64,000 nucleotides of DNA from Camelus dromedarius (Eukaryota): assembly GCF_036321535.1 (NCBI RefSeq), contig NC_087436.1, forward strand, positions 46,378,001 to 46,442,000. The letters run 5' to 3'. Of this stretch, positions 1-11,196 are shown one piece after another. Made by a program: the position numbers and the translations under genes. The stretch's first letter is position 1. Each line of letters begins with the position of its first letter. The notes under the pieces are model-generated. The model worked only from the letters and a program-made list of their open reading frames with translations, had not been told where the DNA came from and did no database searches.

Positions 1-325
1 TTAAAAAAAAACCTCTAATGATCAAGTAATGTCAAGAATTAGAATCACCACCACAATTTGATGTAAGTAACTTTGACTCATTTAAAATATTTTAATAACA
101 ATTATTGAAATTTCCCTTTATTTAAAATTGGAAAAATACAGAAGTAGCTAGAATGAGAGTCCTGCTCTCAATGTATTTCATTGGAAAGATAGAAACATAC
201 TTTGCCAGAAGGGCATGCCTTGCTGCTTAAGAACTCTCCTAATGAGAAGTATATTCTGGAATAACTAGCCTATTTTCTTCTAAACTGTGGCTTTTAACTG
301 TTTTGGCTACTACCCCAAGTAAATA

Positions 326-810
326 CAGGCACACCTCAGAGACACGGCAGGTTTGGTTCCAGACCACTGCAGTAAATCGAATATCACATTAAAAAGAGTC
401 ACACAAACTTGCTGGTTTTCCTGTGCATATAAAAGTTACATTTATGCTATACTGTAGTCTATTAAGTGTGCAATAGCATTATGTCTAAAGAAAACAACGT
501 ACAGACCTTAATTAAAAAATACTTTATTGCCAAAAAATGCTAACCATCATCTGAGCCTTCAAAAAGCGAGTTGCAGAAGTAACATCAAAATCACTGACCA
601 GAGATCACCATAGCAAACATAATGAAAAAGTTTGAAATATTGCAAGAATCACCAAAATGTGAGACAGAGACATGAAGTAGGCAAATGCTGTTGGAAAAAT
701 GGTGCTGACAGACTTGCTTGACACAAGGTTGCCACAAATTTTCAATTTGTAAAAAACATAATATCTGTGAAGGATAATAAAACGAAGCACAATAAAACAA
801 GTTGTGCACA
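326..810 (-). mobile_element. Tigger1-derived non-autonomous DNA transposon (internal deletion derivative, Tigger1a-like)
   Basis: Starts TA|CAGGCACACCTCAGAGA...GGTTCCAGACCACTGC and ends ...CAATAAAACAAGTTGTGCACA|TA. Both Tigger1 termini are recognisable, with TA target dinucleotides, and the transposase region is absent. Confidence 0.85.
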
Positions 811-2831
811 TATGTGTTTTACGTTTAAACTGGTGTACCCATACAAGTCCACCCAGCTGGCTTTAGATGGCCTCATGTGCACACTGTTAATGTACTCAAA
901 CTATTAGCCACTGCAGAAAGTTCTTTTTCTCTTTTTATACCTTCCCTGAGTCACACTGTTTTATCCTCATTAATTGAACACATTTTCTGCATGTACTTTA
1001 TGCCTCATAAGTTTTACTTGGAATTATCAAATAGTTCTTGGTATAAAAGCTAGAAAATAAGCATGTTTATGAAAGAAACATTTATATAGTTATCTTAAAA
1101 ATTTGGTTTTTTAATTTGATTTTTAAAAATCCCCTCTAGAATTTGACAAAACAACTTTAACAACTAATCTTAGGGTGCCAGTACATTATAGATATTCATA
1201 GTCTGTTAAAATTATGATATGGCCTGGTCAGGGTATGAAAACAAAAATTTAGCAACTTCATATTTGTTGTTTATAACTAAAATACTAATGAACTATTTTT
1301 GCTAACTAACTGTTCATTTTTATATTTTGTTTTACTCTGGTAACTTGTAAGAATAGAATCCCTGAAACATTTGTAATTATATCTTGTGTTGTTAAAAAAA
1401 GAGGGGGAAATACTTTTTACAACGTTTCAGTGGAATTCATTGCCTTTAAAATAAATGCTATATATCTGGAAAATACTCTGTAGTGAGAGTTATGGAGCTT
1501 GGCTATTGTAAACTTAAATTATTACCTATTATTTATTATGATTAACTTTCTTTTATAAACTGACATTCCACAGAGATTAGAAACTTGAGGAAGTTTGAAA
1601 CAAAAACACACACACAAAAGATATTTAAAATAAACAAGGCTGCATATTATAGTGCAGTACATGCTGATTTAAAATATCTTGGGAAATGAATCTCCTGAAT
1701 AAGAAAAATTATTTCTTTGAAAAATAAATGTGGTATGAAATAACGTTGGTATGCATCAAATAGCCAGTAGGCTGAATTCTACAAAGGTTCATCAAGTGAT
1801 AAGCCCTGTGCCAGTTGCTAGAGACGTAAGGATGAACAAGATAATCCTACCCTCAAGAGCTTACAGTCTAGTGGGAGACTGTAGCGAGTAATAATACATC
1901 TGCCTAAGTAGCCTGTTGGGAGAATAGGAGGCAGGCCATTGATAGAATGAAGCAGTTCGGAAAGTTCGCTCTGGTTGTATCCAGTCTATCAGGAACTCGC
2001 ATGCAGTGTGAGTTCAAAAAGGAAGGGAAACATGGTGATTCAAAGAGCACTGAGTTTGGAATCAGGAAGTTGGCAGCTGCTGTGTGGGACCTTCCGCAGA
2101 TTGTTTCCACCTCTCTTGTCCTTAATTTTATGTCTGCAGGAATATGATTTATAAAGTTATTTTAGCCAGCAAACTTTTACTGCAAATAAGACAAATTGGA
2201 GCTGCTCTGATAGTCAGTATGAAGCACAGGGTGACAACCTTTGACCTGTATTACCTCCTGGGGATGTTCTATTTATGAGTATGGTGAAAGTAAATTTTAG
2301 GTAATATTCTACTTCTACCAGGCATTTGCTGTTTAAGACTTTTACTTCTAATTGTGGAATGCAAAGCTTTGGTCTATGTTGAAAGAATTTTAGTCATTAA
2401 GCGAGTAAGCAGGTGGGAGGACTTTGGGGAAGGCTCTGAAATTAATCTGTGTCTACTTGTAAGGTTAATCCGGAAGATCTGAAGGTAAACCTGGCTTAGT
2501 CTTCTGAACATAGCTGGACACTGGGGGACAATAGGTGGTTCAGAAAGGATGATCTGCAGTCTCCTCTGCGCCCAGACAGGTTCCTCCCTCCCCAGAGCCA
2601 TCTGCAGCTGTTGGACACTCATTCCTGGGATCAGTTAGTGTGGAGGGGCATCTGAGCTTTGCATACACTCACCTCTGGGGCTCCCTACCCCAGCATCTAT
2701 CTGCCCAGGGGCTTCTCCATCTGCTCACTGCTTCTTACTCACTCTTTCCCTCCCTGACCACAAGCTCAGTCTCCTGCTCTTTCCTTTGCCTTATCATTTC
2801 CATTTTTCTGCCTCCAGAATTGAGAAGCTTA

Positions 2832-3130
2832 CAGTCAGTGCTTCATATCATGGGTTCTGTGGATTCAAACAACCACGGACGGGAAAGATTAGGAAAAAAA
2901 ATTTCAGAAATTTCCTAAAAGCAATACTTGAAGTTGCCATACACCGGCAACTATTTACATAGCATTTACATTGTATTGGGTATTAAAAGTACTCCAGAGA
3001 TGATTTTAAAGTATGCAGGAGAATGTGCCTGAGTTATATGCAAATACTATACCATTTCACATAGGAAACTTGAGGATTCGAAGATTTTGGTCCTGGAACC
3101 CTTTCCCTTGTGAATACCAAGGGACAACAT
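2832..3130 (-). mobile_element. MER2/MER2B-like TcMar-Tigger MITE
   Basis: TA|CAGTCAG...GGATTCAAACAACCACGGA...CAACTATTTACATAGCATTTACATTGTATT...TTATATGCAAATACT...GGTCCTGGAACC...ATACCAAGGGACAAC, recognised as the MER2 family on the reverse strand. Confidence 0.8.
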
Positions 3131-3895
3131 TTGCTTTTTGGAATATTTACTGTTGTTTGCAATATTTATGGTATTTTCTCTGATGTCCTCTGGAGATGAA
3201 ACTTCTGACTAAGAAATTTTAGCTTTTTATTAGGATGTGTAAAATTGTTTAGAATCTTATTTTCATTGACAGTATGGCAGTAATATAGCATGGAAATAGT
3301 TTATAAGCTTTGCTGCAATAATGAAAAATGAAGGAAACGGTCAGTTCACATAATGTATATAGCACTTTACAGTTTTCATCCTCACGATAATCATATAAAC
3401 CTGGTAGAGCTAGTACGATTTACCAGATTTCCTGGCAGACCAAAGTCAAAGAGGTTAATTGGAAGTTGGCTCACTTCACACATTCGTGAAAACCTTTAAG
3501 TCTTTTAACTCTTTATTCCATATTCTTTTCACTATATTAAACTGCCTCTTTGATACGACCATTGGAAGGTGATGTTCATCTCTCTGTTTTATTCCCATAC
3601 ATATTTAACATTTCTTATCAAATACCCAAATATATTATGATCACTTAATGACTGAATATAAAAAAAGAGAATATAAATAAAGCAAAAGAGGGAACTAATA
3701 TTTATTGAGCTCCTAGTTTGTGCTTTCATATGCATTCATTACCTCCTTCATGGAAATTCAGTCAGGAATTAATTCCCTGATGACCCATGTCGTTAGTGAC
3801 CATTAGGTCATTTGTGTAATGAGATGGCTACATTTCTCCCTGTTCTTGGATTTTTATGACAGCACACCTAAGCACAGTCACCCAAGCCATGAGCC

Positions 3896-4355
3896 TTTTC
3901 TTTGTTTTAAAGCATTTTATTGAAGTACAATTGACATGTAAAAAGCTGTACATATTTAATACATACAACTAGATAAGTTTGGGATAGGTATACATTTGTG
4001 AAACCATCACCATCATCAAGGCATCGATACACCCCTCATCTCTGAAAGTTTCCTCCCACCTCCTTTATTATTATTATTATTGTGAAATAAGAACACTCAA
4101 TATAAGATGTACCCTCTTAGCAAGCTTTAAGTATTGAGTATAGTATTGTTAGCTAAAGGTTCTATGCTGTATAGTAGATCTCTAGAATATATTTACCTTG
4201 CATAATTAAAACTTTATACCCTAGACCATCACCTCTCCATTTTCGCTCAGCCCCTGTCAACCACTCAAGGAATTTTTTCCCTATGTTTTCTTCTAGGAGT
4301 TTTATGGTTTCAGCTTTTATAGTTAAGTCTTTAATTCATTTTTCATTGATTTCTT
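3896..4355 (-). mobile_element. L1 (L1MA/MB-type) 3' end plus a short ORF2 piece
   Basis: T-rich tail, TTTATTGAAGTACAATTGACA...GAAACCATCACCA...ATGCTGTATAGTAGATCTCTAGAA, then CCTATGTTTTCTTCTAGGAGTTTTATGGTTTCAG (antisense ORF2). Confidence 0.8.
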
Positions 4356-4559
4356 CCCTTTGTTTCTGTCCACCTTATTTCTTCTCTCCAAAACAGCTGA
4401 CACAGCCAAAAAAGTATGCTGAAATAGAAAGCAAGAGGTAAAAACAAAACAAAATACCCAGCCAATTATGAATCCTGAAACTTTTCTTAAATATTTCCTG
4501 TGTGTTTAGTTGCAGATGTGTGTAAGAGGTGAACACATTTTAAAAATACAAACAGAATC

Positions 4560-6241
4560 CTAGTGAAAAGAAATCTCTTCTCAGAGTACCCAGAAAAGTT
4601 ATGTTTAAGCTCACTTTGAAATACTTGTAGGAGTGGACAGTGAACAGATCCAAGTCATAAGAGAATTGACAGGGTTTGGTAAATTATATGATAAACCAGA
4701 TAAGGGTATTCCAGATACCTGCAATAACTACTCACCCTCAAGATCATGAGAAGACCTATGTATAGGCATATGTTTATCTCGGCACGTTTCTGACCTTAGA
4801 GGCTAGCCTTATCACAGGTAGGTACATCATTAGTGAGAAATAGAGTGCTCCAACAGTGTTGGTTGTGGGCCAAAAGAACTGGCTTGGCTTAAGAGCCCTT
4901 GCTATGATGTGTTTTGATGACCTTGATCTGCTGCAGTTGAGGTTGTCAACGCTGGTCTTTAAAGCATTGCCATTATGGCTAATTTTTACTAATTTCTGTC
5001 TCAGGCTGACAATTTGCACCATCTTTCAAGCGAAAACTCTTTCTGAAGCATGAACAGTATCAGTTGTCATGAATTTTCTCATCATGAAGAGCAATCTGGT
5101 TTTACAGCCTCCCTCTGTTTTCTATAATTTATTCTTTCGTTCATGAATTCTCTGCTTGTAAGTTTTCACTTCCTCTGTTGCTGATAGCTTCTGCTTTTTC
5201 TCTTCCCATTCATATTCTTGAACCAGCTTCTTTTGCAGAGTCATGCCTTTCTGCTAAGAGAATTCCTTTAGAATTTCTGCTACAAGGATCTGGCCAAGTT
5301 TAGTGAATAAGAGTTAGGTTCCAGCTTCTATATTTGTTCTTACAGCTCATGCCTGGCTGACACATCACTCAATTTGGAACAGAAACGGTCACTGTCTTTT
5401 TCAACTGTTAATTATTGTTAACATCAGTTTTGTCTGAGAAACATCTATCGCTTGACTTCTCTTATTTTTCACTCTGGTGATCTGCCAGCTGTCCATGGTC
5501 AAATTCATCCCATGTATATCATTTTAAAATTTTTTCTGCCTTTAGATTCAAAAGCAGTATCAAATTGTCTCATCTGCAGGTAGACATCTTCAAAACTTCT
5601 GTTCATTCTCTTTGCAAGCAAAACCTTTAATCTCTGTGAAACTGTGAGTTTTGTATAATGTACTAGTTCACAAGCTCTCGTATAATGCTCTCTCCAGTCT
5701 TCTGTTTCTAATAGCAGTTAGAACATGCTCTTCTCAAATCAGGTGTATTCTTTGTAAATCCAATAGAGTTTAGGTTCTCATCGTCTCACAACTTAGTTTA
5801 GCTTCATTTTTTCTCTCAAATACTATGAAATTCTTCAGAAAATTTTGTCTTGCCAAATATCTCTTCAGTTTCCTTAGATTTTATTTCTTCTCAGTTCTCA
5901 ATATAACAAGCAAATTTCCCACACCATTTGATCCATTTCTTTAAGTCTTCTAATTGAATATTTAAAGCAGACATGTTCAGAAATATTTTAATTTTGTTTC
6001 TTGATTTCTTCAGAAGATATCATTGCTTCTCTGATTATTTTTCATGATCTGCTATCTTTTAAATATTTTTTATGTTTATTTCAAAATATTTTTAAACATT
6101 TATGCAATCCATTGTTTTTACTTGATGATTTCTACTATTTAAAAGGAATATTCTTCAGAGGGACAGTGACAAATAAACTAATTCCAATAAACAAATATAA
6201 TTATAGGCTTCTAACACTCGTCATAAAAATCAGGACTGGGC
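4560..6241 (-). pseudogene. MIA3: Processed pseudogene (retrocopy) of MIA3/TANGO1, covering the transmembrane, coiled-coil and start of the proline-rich domains
   Basis: Manual minus-strand translation across frameshifts gives colinear TANGO1 motifs: PSPDFY..*KPII (cf. PGPDFYGLPWKPV), NLLVILRTEKK, NEAKLS, DVSQTK, EQI*KLE, EILKEFS*QKGMTLQKKLVQEYE, EEVKTYKQRI, KNQIALHDEKIHDN*, SLRQKL, MAML, GLLSQASSFGPQP (cf. GPLSQNGSFGPSP), RNVPR. No introns; many stops and frameshifts. The left (3') boundary is approximate. Confidence 0.88.
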
Positions 6242-7500
6242 CCTTCTGGCATCTTTGTTGTGGATGAGACAGCAGTCAGTTTAGGTACCCTCCATTGTAA
6301 TTTCCCTTTGGTAGTTCCTAACATTTTCTCATTGACCTTGACCATTTCTATGTTTCTCCTCCTGTGTGTTTAAGTGTGATTTATTTTTACTTGCCACTTG
6401 GAGTATAAGTTCAGTCTTAGGGCTCCTATGTTCAATTCTAGAAAATTCTCATCTATTACCTCTTAAACAAAGGCTTCTCTATCATTTCTTTCAGATTCTC
6501 TTTTTAATATAAGTAAAATTTTTCTTCTTAACATAGATGAGAAGATAGTTCAATAGTTAGATACATAGATAGATGTTGAATCTGTCTCTCTGGGCTACAT
6601 CCTACAGCTTCCACATCGATTCCTTCTTCAGCCACATCCAGGCTAGCATTTAATTGGTGTATCCTTTTTTTTCTATCTCAATGACCATTTTCAAGATTTC
6701 TAAAGGATTCTCTTTCAAATTTACCTGTTTTTTTATTTGTTTGTTTGCATTAAAATCACACCCTTTAACAGATGTTACTTCTTCATTTATTTCTTAAAGC
6801 ATAATTAACATACTAACATTTGTCTGATGATTTCTTTAATTAATTTACCTGGAAAGAATTCATGATCTTATTATTGAGTGCTGCCTTTCTTAGCATTAGT
6901 TTTCTCCATACGTTTTAGAATTTTGGTTTCTATATTCATTATGAGTCGGAGGTTTTGTTTGTGTGTGTGTGTGTGCGTGTGTGTGTAGTTTTCTATCTGT
7001 GTGTGTCTACCTTTCTTCCCTAATCATTTTATGTTTGTCTTTAGCTGACCTCTCAGCCTTCAAGACCAGACTTGTCTTAAAATGGCATTTCAATACCCCT
7101 GTCCCAGATTTACATGGGGAATATCGCAGAATTAGGCATCAAACCATTGGATGCTTGCTTCTTTTTCCAATTCAGAGATTATATCTATACTCCTCAGCCT
7201 TTAAGCCAGAGATCTAACTTCTCTTCAGCATTTGCAGGCCCCCAGCCTTCGGAAGTGAGTTTGGTTCTGATTAGTGAACTTTCGAGTGTTTATTCTTCAG
7301 GGATAAAACCCATGGCCATCATTCCTACTTCTAGAACCAGAGGCCAGCAGGCTTATGGTATATCTCTGCTCTCCACTTGCCTGTCTGGTCCATTTCTGGT
7401 CAGTGGACATGCCCATTTCTTTTCTGAATACAAATACTTACAAAGAATTTCCTCTTTTTATAACTGTGTGTTTAGAGTAGAAGGAGCAAATCAGAGCATA
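6242..7500 (-). mobile_element. Ancient L1 ORF1 / HAL1-like fragment
   Basis: CTTCTGGCATCTTTGTTGTGGATGAGACAGCAGTCAG (antisense of the ORF1 'LTAD-SS-T-DARR' motif) and TTCAATTCTAGAAAATTCTCATCTATTA, typical of degenerate antisense L1M/HAL1 ORF1. The right boundary is uncertain. Confidence 0.6.
6960..6986. repeat. (TG)n microsatellite
   Basis: gtgtgtgtgtgtgtgcgtgtgtgtgt. Confidence 0.9.
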
Positions 7501-9127
7501 CACTCCTTGTGCCAGCTCCACAACATACTACTAACAAATTTTTCATGCATATTATTTTAATCTTTTTAACTTCTTTGCTTCAGGGCAGATATACATGACC
7601 TATAACTCCTACTATGCAGACCACAGACATCATAAGTATCTAATAGTTGCTAAATACTTCTTAGTTTAAGTAATTTTGTAATTAAAAAAAACTGATTCCT
7701 AATCTTAAGGACATTGTATATTGTATATTGGAATATATCAATATATATTTCTATGTGTGTGTTTGAGCATGTGCATAAATATTTTTCATACCTATTAGGA
7801 CGCCATGGGTTTATTTACCTATTTATATGATTGTATTTCTGCTCACAATCTGGCCAAGGATACCTTGAATATAATGAAAATCTCTCTTTATTCCATAATA
7901 CAGAAGGAAATCTAAAATTTCAGATGACGATCTTGGACTCTGCTACAAAGCTGCTTCTCCTAATATTTTCAATTGATTTTATTGCTTAATTGTTTTTAAC
8001 CTTTTACAAAACACGGATGGGTAGACTTACTCTGTTTAAGGATTTGAGGGAAAACTGAATTGGCCCACTGATGTTTTTTATTTCCGTGTGGAAATCAGTA
8101 GTTCAGGATCATACTGAGGTCAACTGGGTGCTCAGTCCGTGCTGTTGTGCCTTGAATTTTCTAGGAGTTTGGAAGTCATCAGTCCAACTTTGCAACTCAT
8201 TCTTCAAAACCAGGCAGTTCTGTATTTTCCTTGGCCTCTTTTTTCCAGCAAATATAATAAGACCTCGGTTCTCATTGTGAGCTAATTATTCTGTTCTGTT
8301 TGCTGGGATCATACTTCAGTGGGAGCTATTCTTACCCAAGGAAACGAGAGCAGAAATTATATAATGGAGAATAATGGCTTGAAAGCCATGAATGTCTAGA
8401 AACTTGTGCTAAGTCTGATACACACTAGCTTGGTGGTCTTCATAGGCAACTCACTAAAAAAATGCTTTTCTCCATTTTTAAAACAGGATCATCATGAAGA
8501 CTAAACATTATTGAATGACAAAAATAAGCTAGCCCTTCAGAAAAATGAGACCAGTAGTTAACTACCTAAACACCTTCCACTTAAAAGGGTTGTGATTTTA
8601 ACCCAGCTGATTTTCAATTAAAGAAATTCCAGTATATGAAAATTCACATTTAATAAAACAGAAATATTTGTAAAGATTATTTCCATTATGAATATATACA
8701 TCTACTAACTGCCAACTAAATATTTTCAAGGGACTCATGATGGACCTGACTGAAGAGAAACTATAATCATTTGTACTTAGTCTTTTTAATTATTAATATA
8801 TGGAAACCTTCAGAAAAGAAATGTTCCTAAGAAACATGAAATCTCAGTACCACCAATTTACTTAGCAAAGCCTTTCTTATTAGTGAGATCCAGGCAGGGT
8901 GACCAAAATTTTGAATCTTTAGTGTTTCTGAGTAACGCTAGATGATCAGAGATCTAGTACAGCTTTTGTAATTAAATGAAGATTGAGAGTTATGCTGAAA
9001 TACCAAAGAAGATGTTGGCCTTTACAAATACCTGGTCCTTTTTCTTGTTAGCTAAAAACAGTGAAAAAACAATATAGAAATCATTTACTAGGTATTTTGG
9101 AACCAAAAATTATTCTTTGTATTTCAG

Positions 9128-9172
9128 GCCCTCCGGGGAAACGAGGTAAGAGGGGCCGAAGAGGAGAGTCTG
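9128..9172 (+). CDS. COL25A1: COL25A1 coding exon, 45 nt (phase 1-1), start of COL1: (G)PPGKRGKRGRRGES(G)
   Basis: Acceptor ttctttgtatttcag|GC and donor TCTG|gtaagt. Gly-X-Y translation matches the recalled collagen XXV sequence GPPGKRGKRGRRGESG. Confidence 0.96.
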
Positions 9173-10892
9173 GTAAGTCTCTCGTTCAGCTGTTCTGTGT
9201 CCTTCATGTTCTGAGCAGGTTCCCACATCTGTTCCTCCTAATTAATGATTATGTTGTCTTGTTGGATGTTGTCTGTATGCGCTCACAAGTATGTGTCTGT
9301 GTGTGTGGTGTTTAAATCTTCTCTGCTACACCTAGAAAGTTGTTTGTGATTTTTTAAAATCTTTCTCTTATTTCCATCAAATTATAGTTTGCAAAGAATT
9401 ATTAATTAAGTTTAATAACCTCTAACACCCAGTTTTGGCTTATTTATGGTGTCAAGGTCAATCTGTCCTTTCAGTGTAGTGTGGAGGGTTTCTTAGCCAC
9501 ACGCAGTGTGACAACATCACCCATCTTTCCATGTACGTATGTGGTCAGTAATTGCAGGGTCTCTGTGAAAACATCTACCTTGGAATACTGGGGCACATGT
9601 CTTGGAAACATTTTATTATTATTTTTTCCACCTGGTACAATTTTGTCATTCTTTTACTCTTTCTTTTCAAAATTGGAGAATTTAGATTCCTCTTGTATAA
9701 CCATAAAATTTTAGTGATGACAGGAGCCTGAGTAATCAATCCAGCTTTTTCATTTTGTGGTTGAGGAGATGGTGGCCTAGAGCAGTCAGGTGGTTCAGCC
9801 AGGGCCACAAAATTTTTTATGAGTAGAACTTGAAACACAACCAATTGTCTAACACCCATTTCAGTGAGATTTTGCTTTCAGGCCAAGTCCCTATATGTAA
9901 AGTCAAATAAAAACTATTCCTTTGAAACCAAGATATTCAAATGAATGTGTTCACTTTCAGCTTTACTAGTTTTATAAAGTCTAAGACTCCAAAAATGTAA
10001 ATGACCATATGAACTCTTATCAGACCATTAATTCTTCCTTGCAAAATAAGAGGAAGGTAATTTAAGGTTTGAGTCTAGAGCTAAGAAATGTTATTTCCCA
10101 GTATTTTCTACAAGTGTTTATCAGTATTAGAAAAAAAATCAATTACTGAGGGTTAAAACAGTAGAAATACTAACCTATCAAAAAGAGCAGACAGCAGATT
10201 GGGTTATTTTGTCTCAGTTTCCCTCCCTTTTGGAAAAATGATGTCAAAGTAAAAAGATTTTATGAAAGTGTAGCTACTTAATTCCTTTAATAGAATTCTC
10301 AAAAGTTATCTTTAAACCCTATTGCATCTAAATAATTGGAAAGTTGTATAGGAATCCTGTTCATGAATCGCAAAGTTTTATAATAGAGGATGCTTTATAA
10401 ATTTGTTTTGAGGAAATGGAAATGACAAAACATTGGTGGACCCAAATAATCACTGAATTGATATTTGTGTCAAAAGAAAGAGGCTGGAGAAAAAAATGGG
10501 AAAAGTTTGTACTTATGCAAAGTTTTATAGAAAATATGAGTCAATTCCCAACTTCCTGGCTACTGAAAACTGGTGTTTTAATTGAGCATATGGTGTGTAA
10601 AATATTGAAATTTTCTTAGACTTTGCCTTTGTGTTTTGATGAGAATACATAGTTTTAAAGAAAAATATACAAACATCAGGACTTAATCTCTTCTATATTG
10701 ACAATACTACCAAATGAGAAACATTCTTAGAACAAATAATGGGCACATTTCTGATTTAGCCATTTTACCAAACTCAAGAAAGTTATATATCAATTGTCTG
10801 TAATTAGTCTATTATAAATGCCCAAAGATCCTCCTGATTCATATTTTATCTAAATTTTTAGGTATATGAAGTAGACAGTCTTTGCTTAAGAT

Positions 10893-11044
10893 ATATGAAC
10901 CTCGCATTAATTCATATACAGGTTTCAGGGAATCTGATTATTCCCTGAAGTTTTATGTAAAGTTTTGTGTGCACACAGACGTAAATGCATTTTTCTGATA
11001 TGGTCTTACAGGGCACATGATCCAAAAAAGGTTAAGAATCACTG
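10893..11044 (-). mobile_element. MER103C-like hAT-Charlie MITE
   Basis: Ends ...CATGATCCAAAAAAGGTTAAGAATCACTG (hAT terminus CAGTG), with internal AAAGTTTTGTGTGC...ATGCATTTTTCTG. Confidence 0.65.
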
Positions 11045-11188
11045 AATTCTTAAGCTACCTGTGTATTCCCTGTACTGTGCTGATGATTATGATGATGCTG
11101 TAGTCTTTTATTTCATCTTACTATTTTGCATATTCACTAATTTATCTCTCCCTTTTTTCTTATTCTTTCTACCCACCCCCCACCCTAG

Positions 11189-11196
11189 GTCCTCCT
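11189..11196 (+). CDS. COL25A1: COL25A1 8-nt microexon (phase 1-0): (G)GT CCT CCT = GPP
   Basis: Branch-like cactaat, long pyrimidine tract, caccctag|GTCCTCCT|gtaagt. It supplies exactly the 8 nt needed to join the 45-nt exon to the 18-nt exon in frame. Confidence 0.93.

Noticed and set aside
7114..7560. 148-aa ORF
   Set aside because: Antisense to a degenerate L1/HAL1 region, with no recognisable protein features.
9061..9315. 84-aa ORF containing GPPGKRGKRGRRGESG
   Set aside because: Only 9128-9172 is coding; the flanks are intron read-through across clear splice sites.
10924..10949. Hairpin TTCAGGGAAT-N6-ATTCCCTGAA
   Set aside because: Internal palindrome of the MER103C-like MITE.
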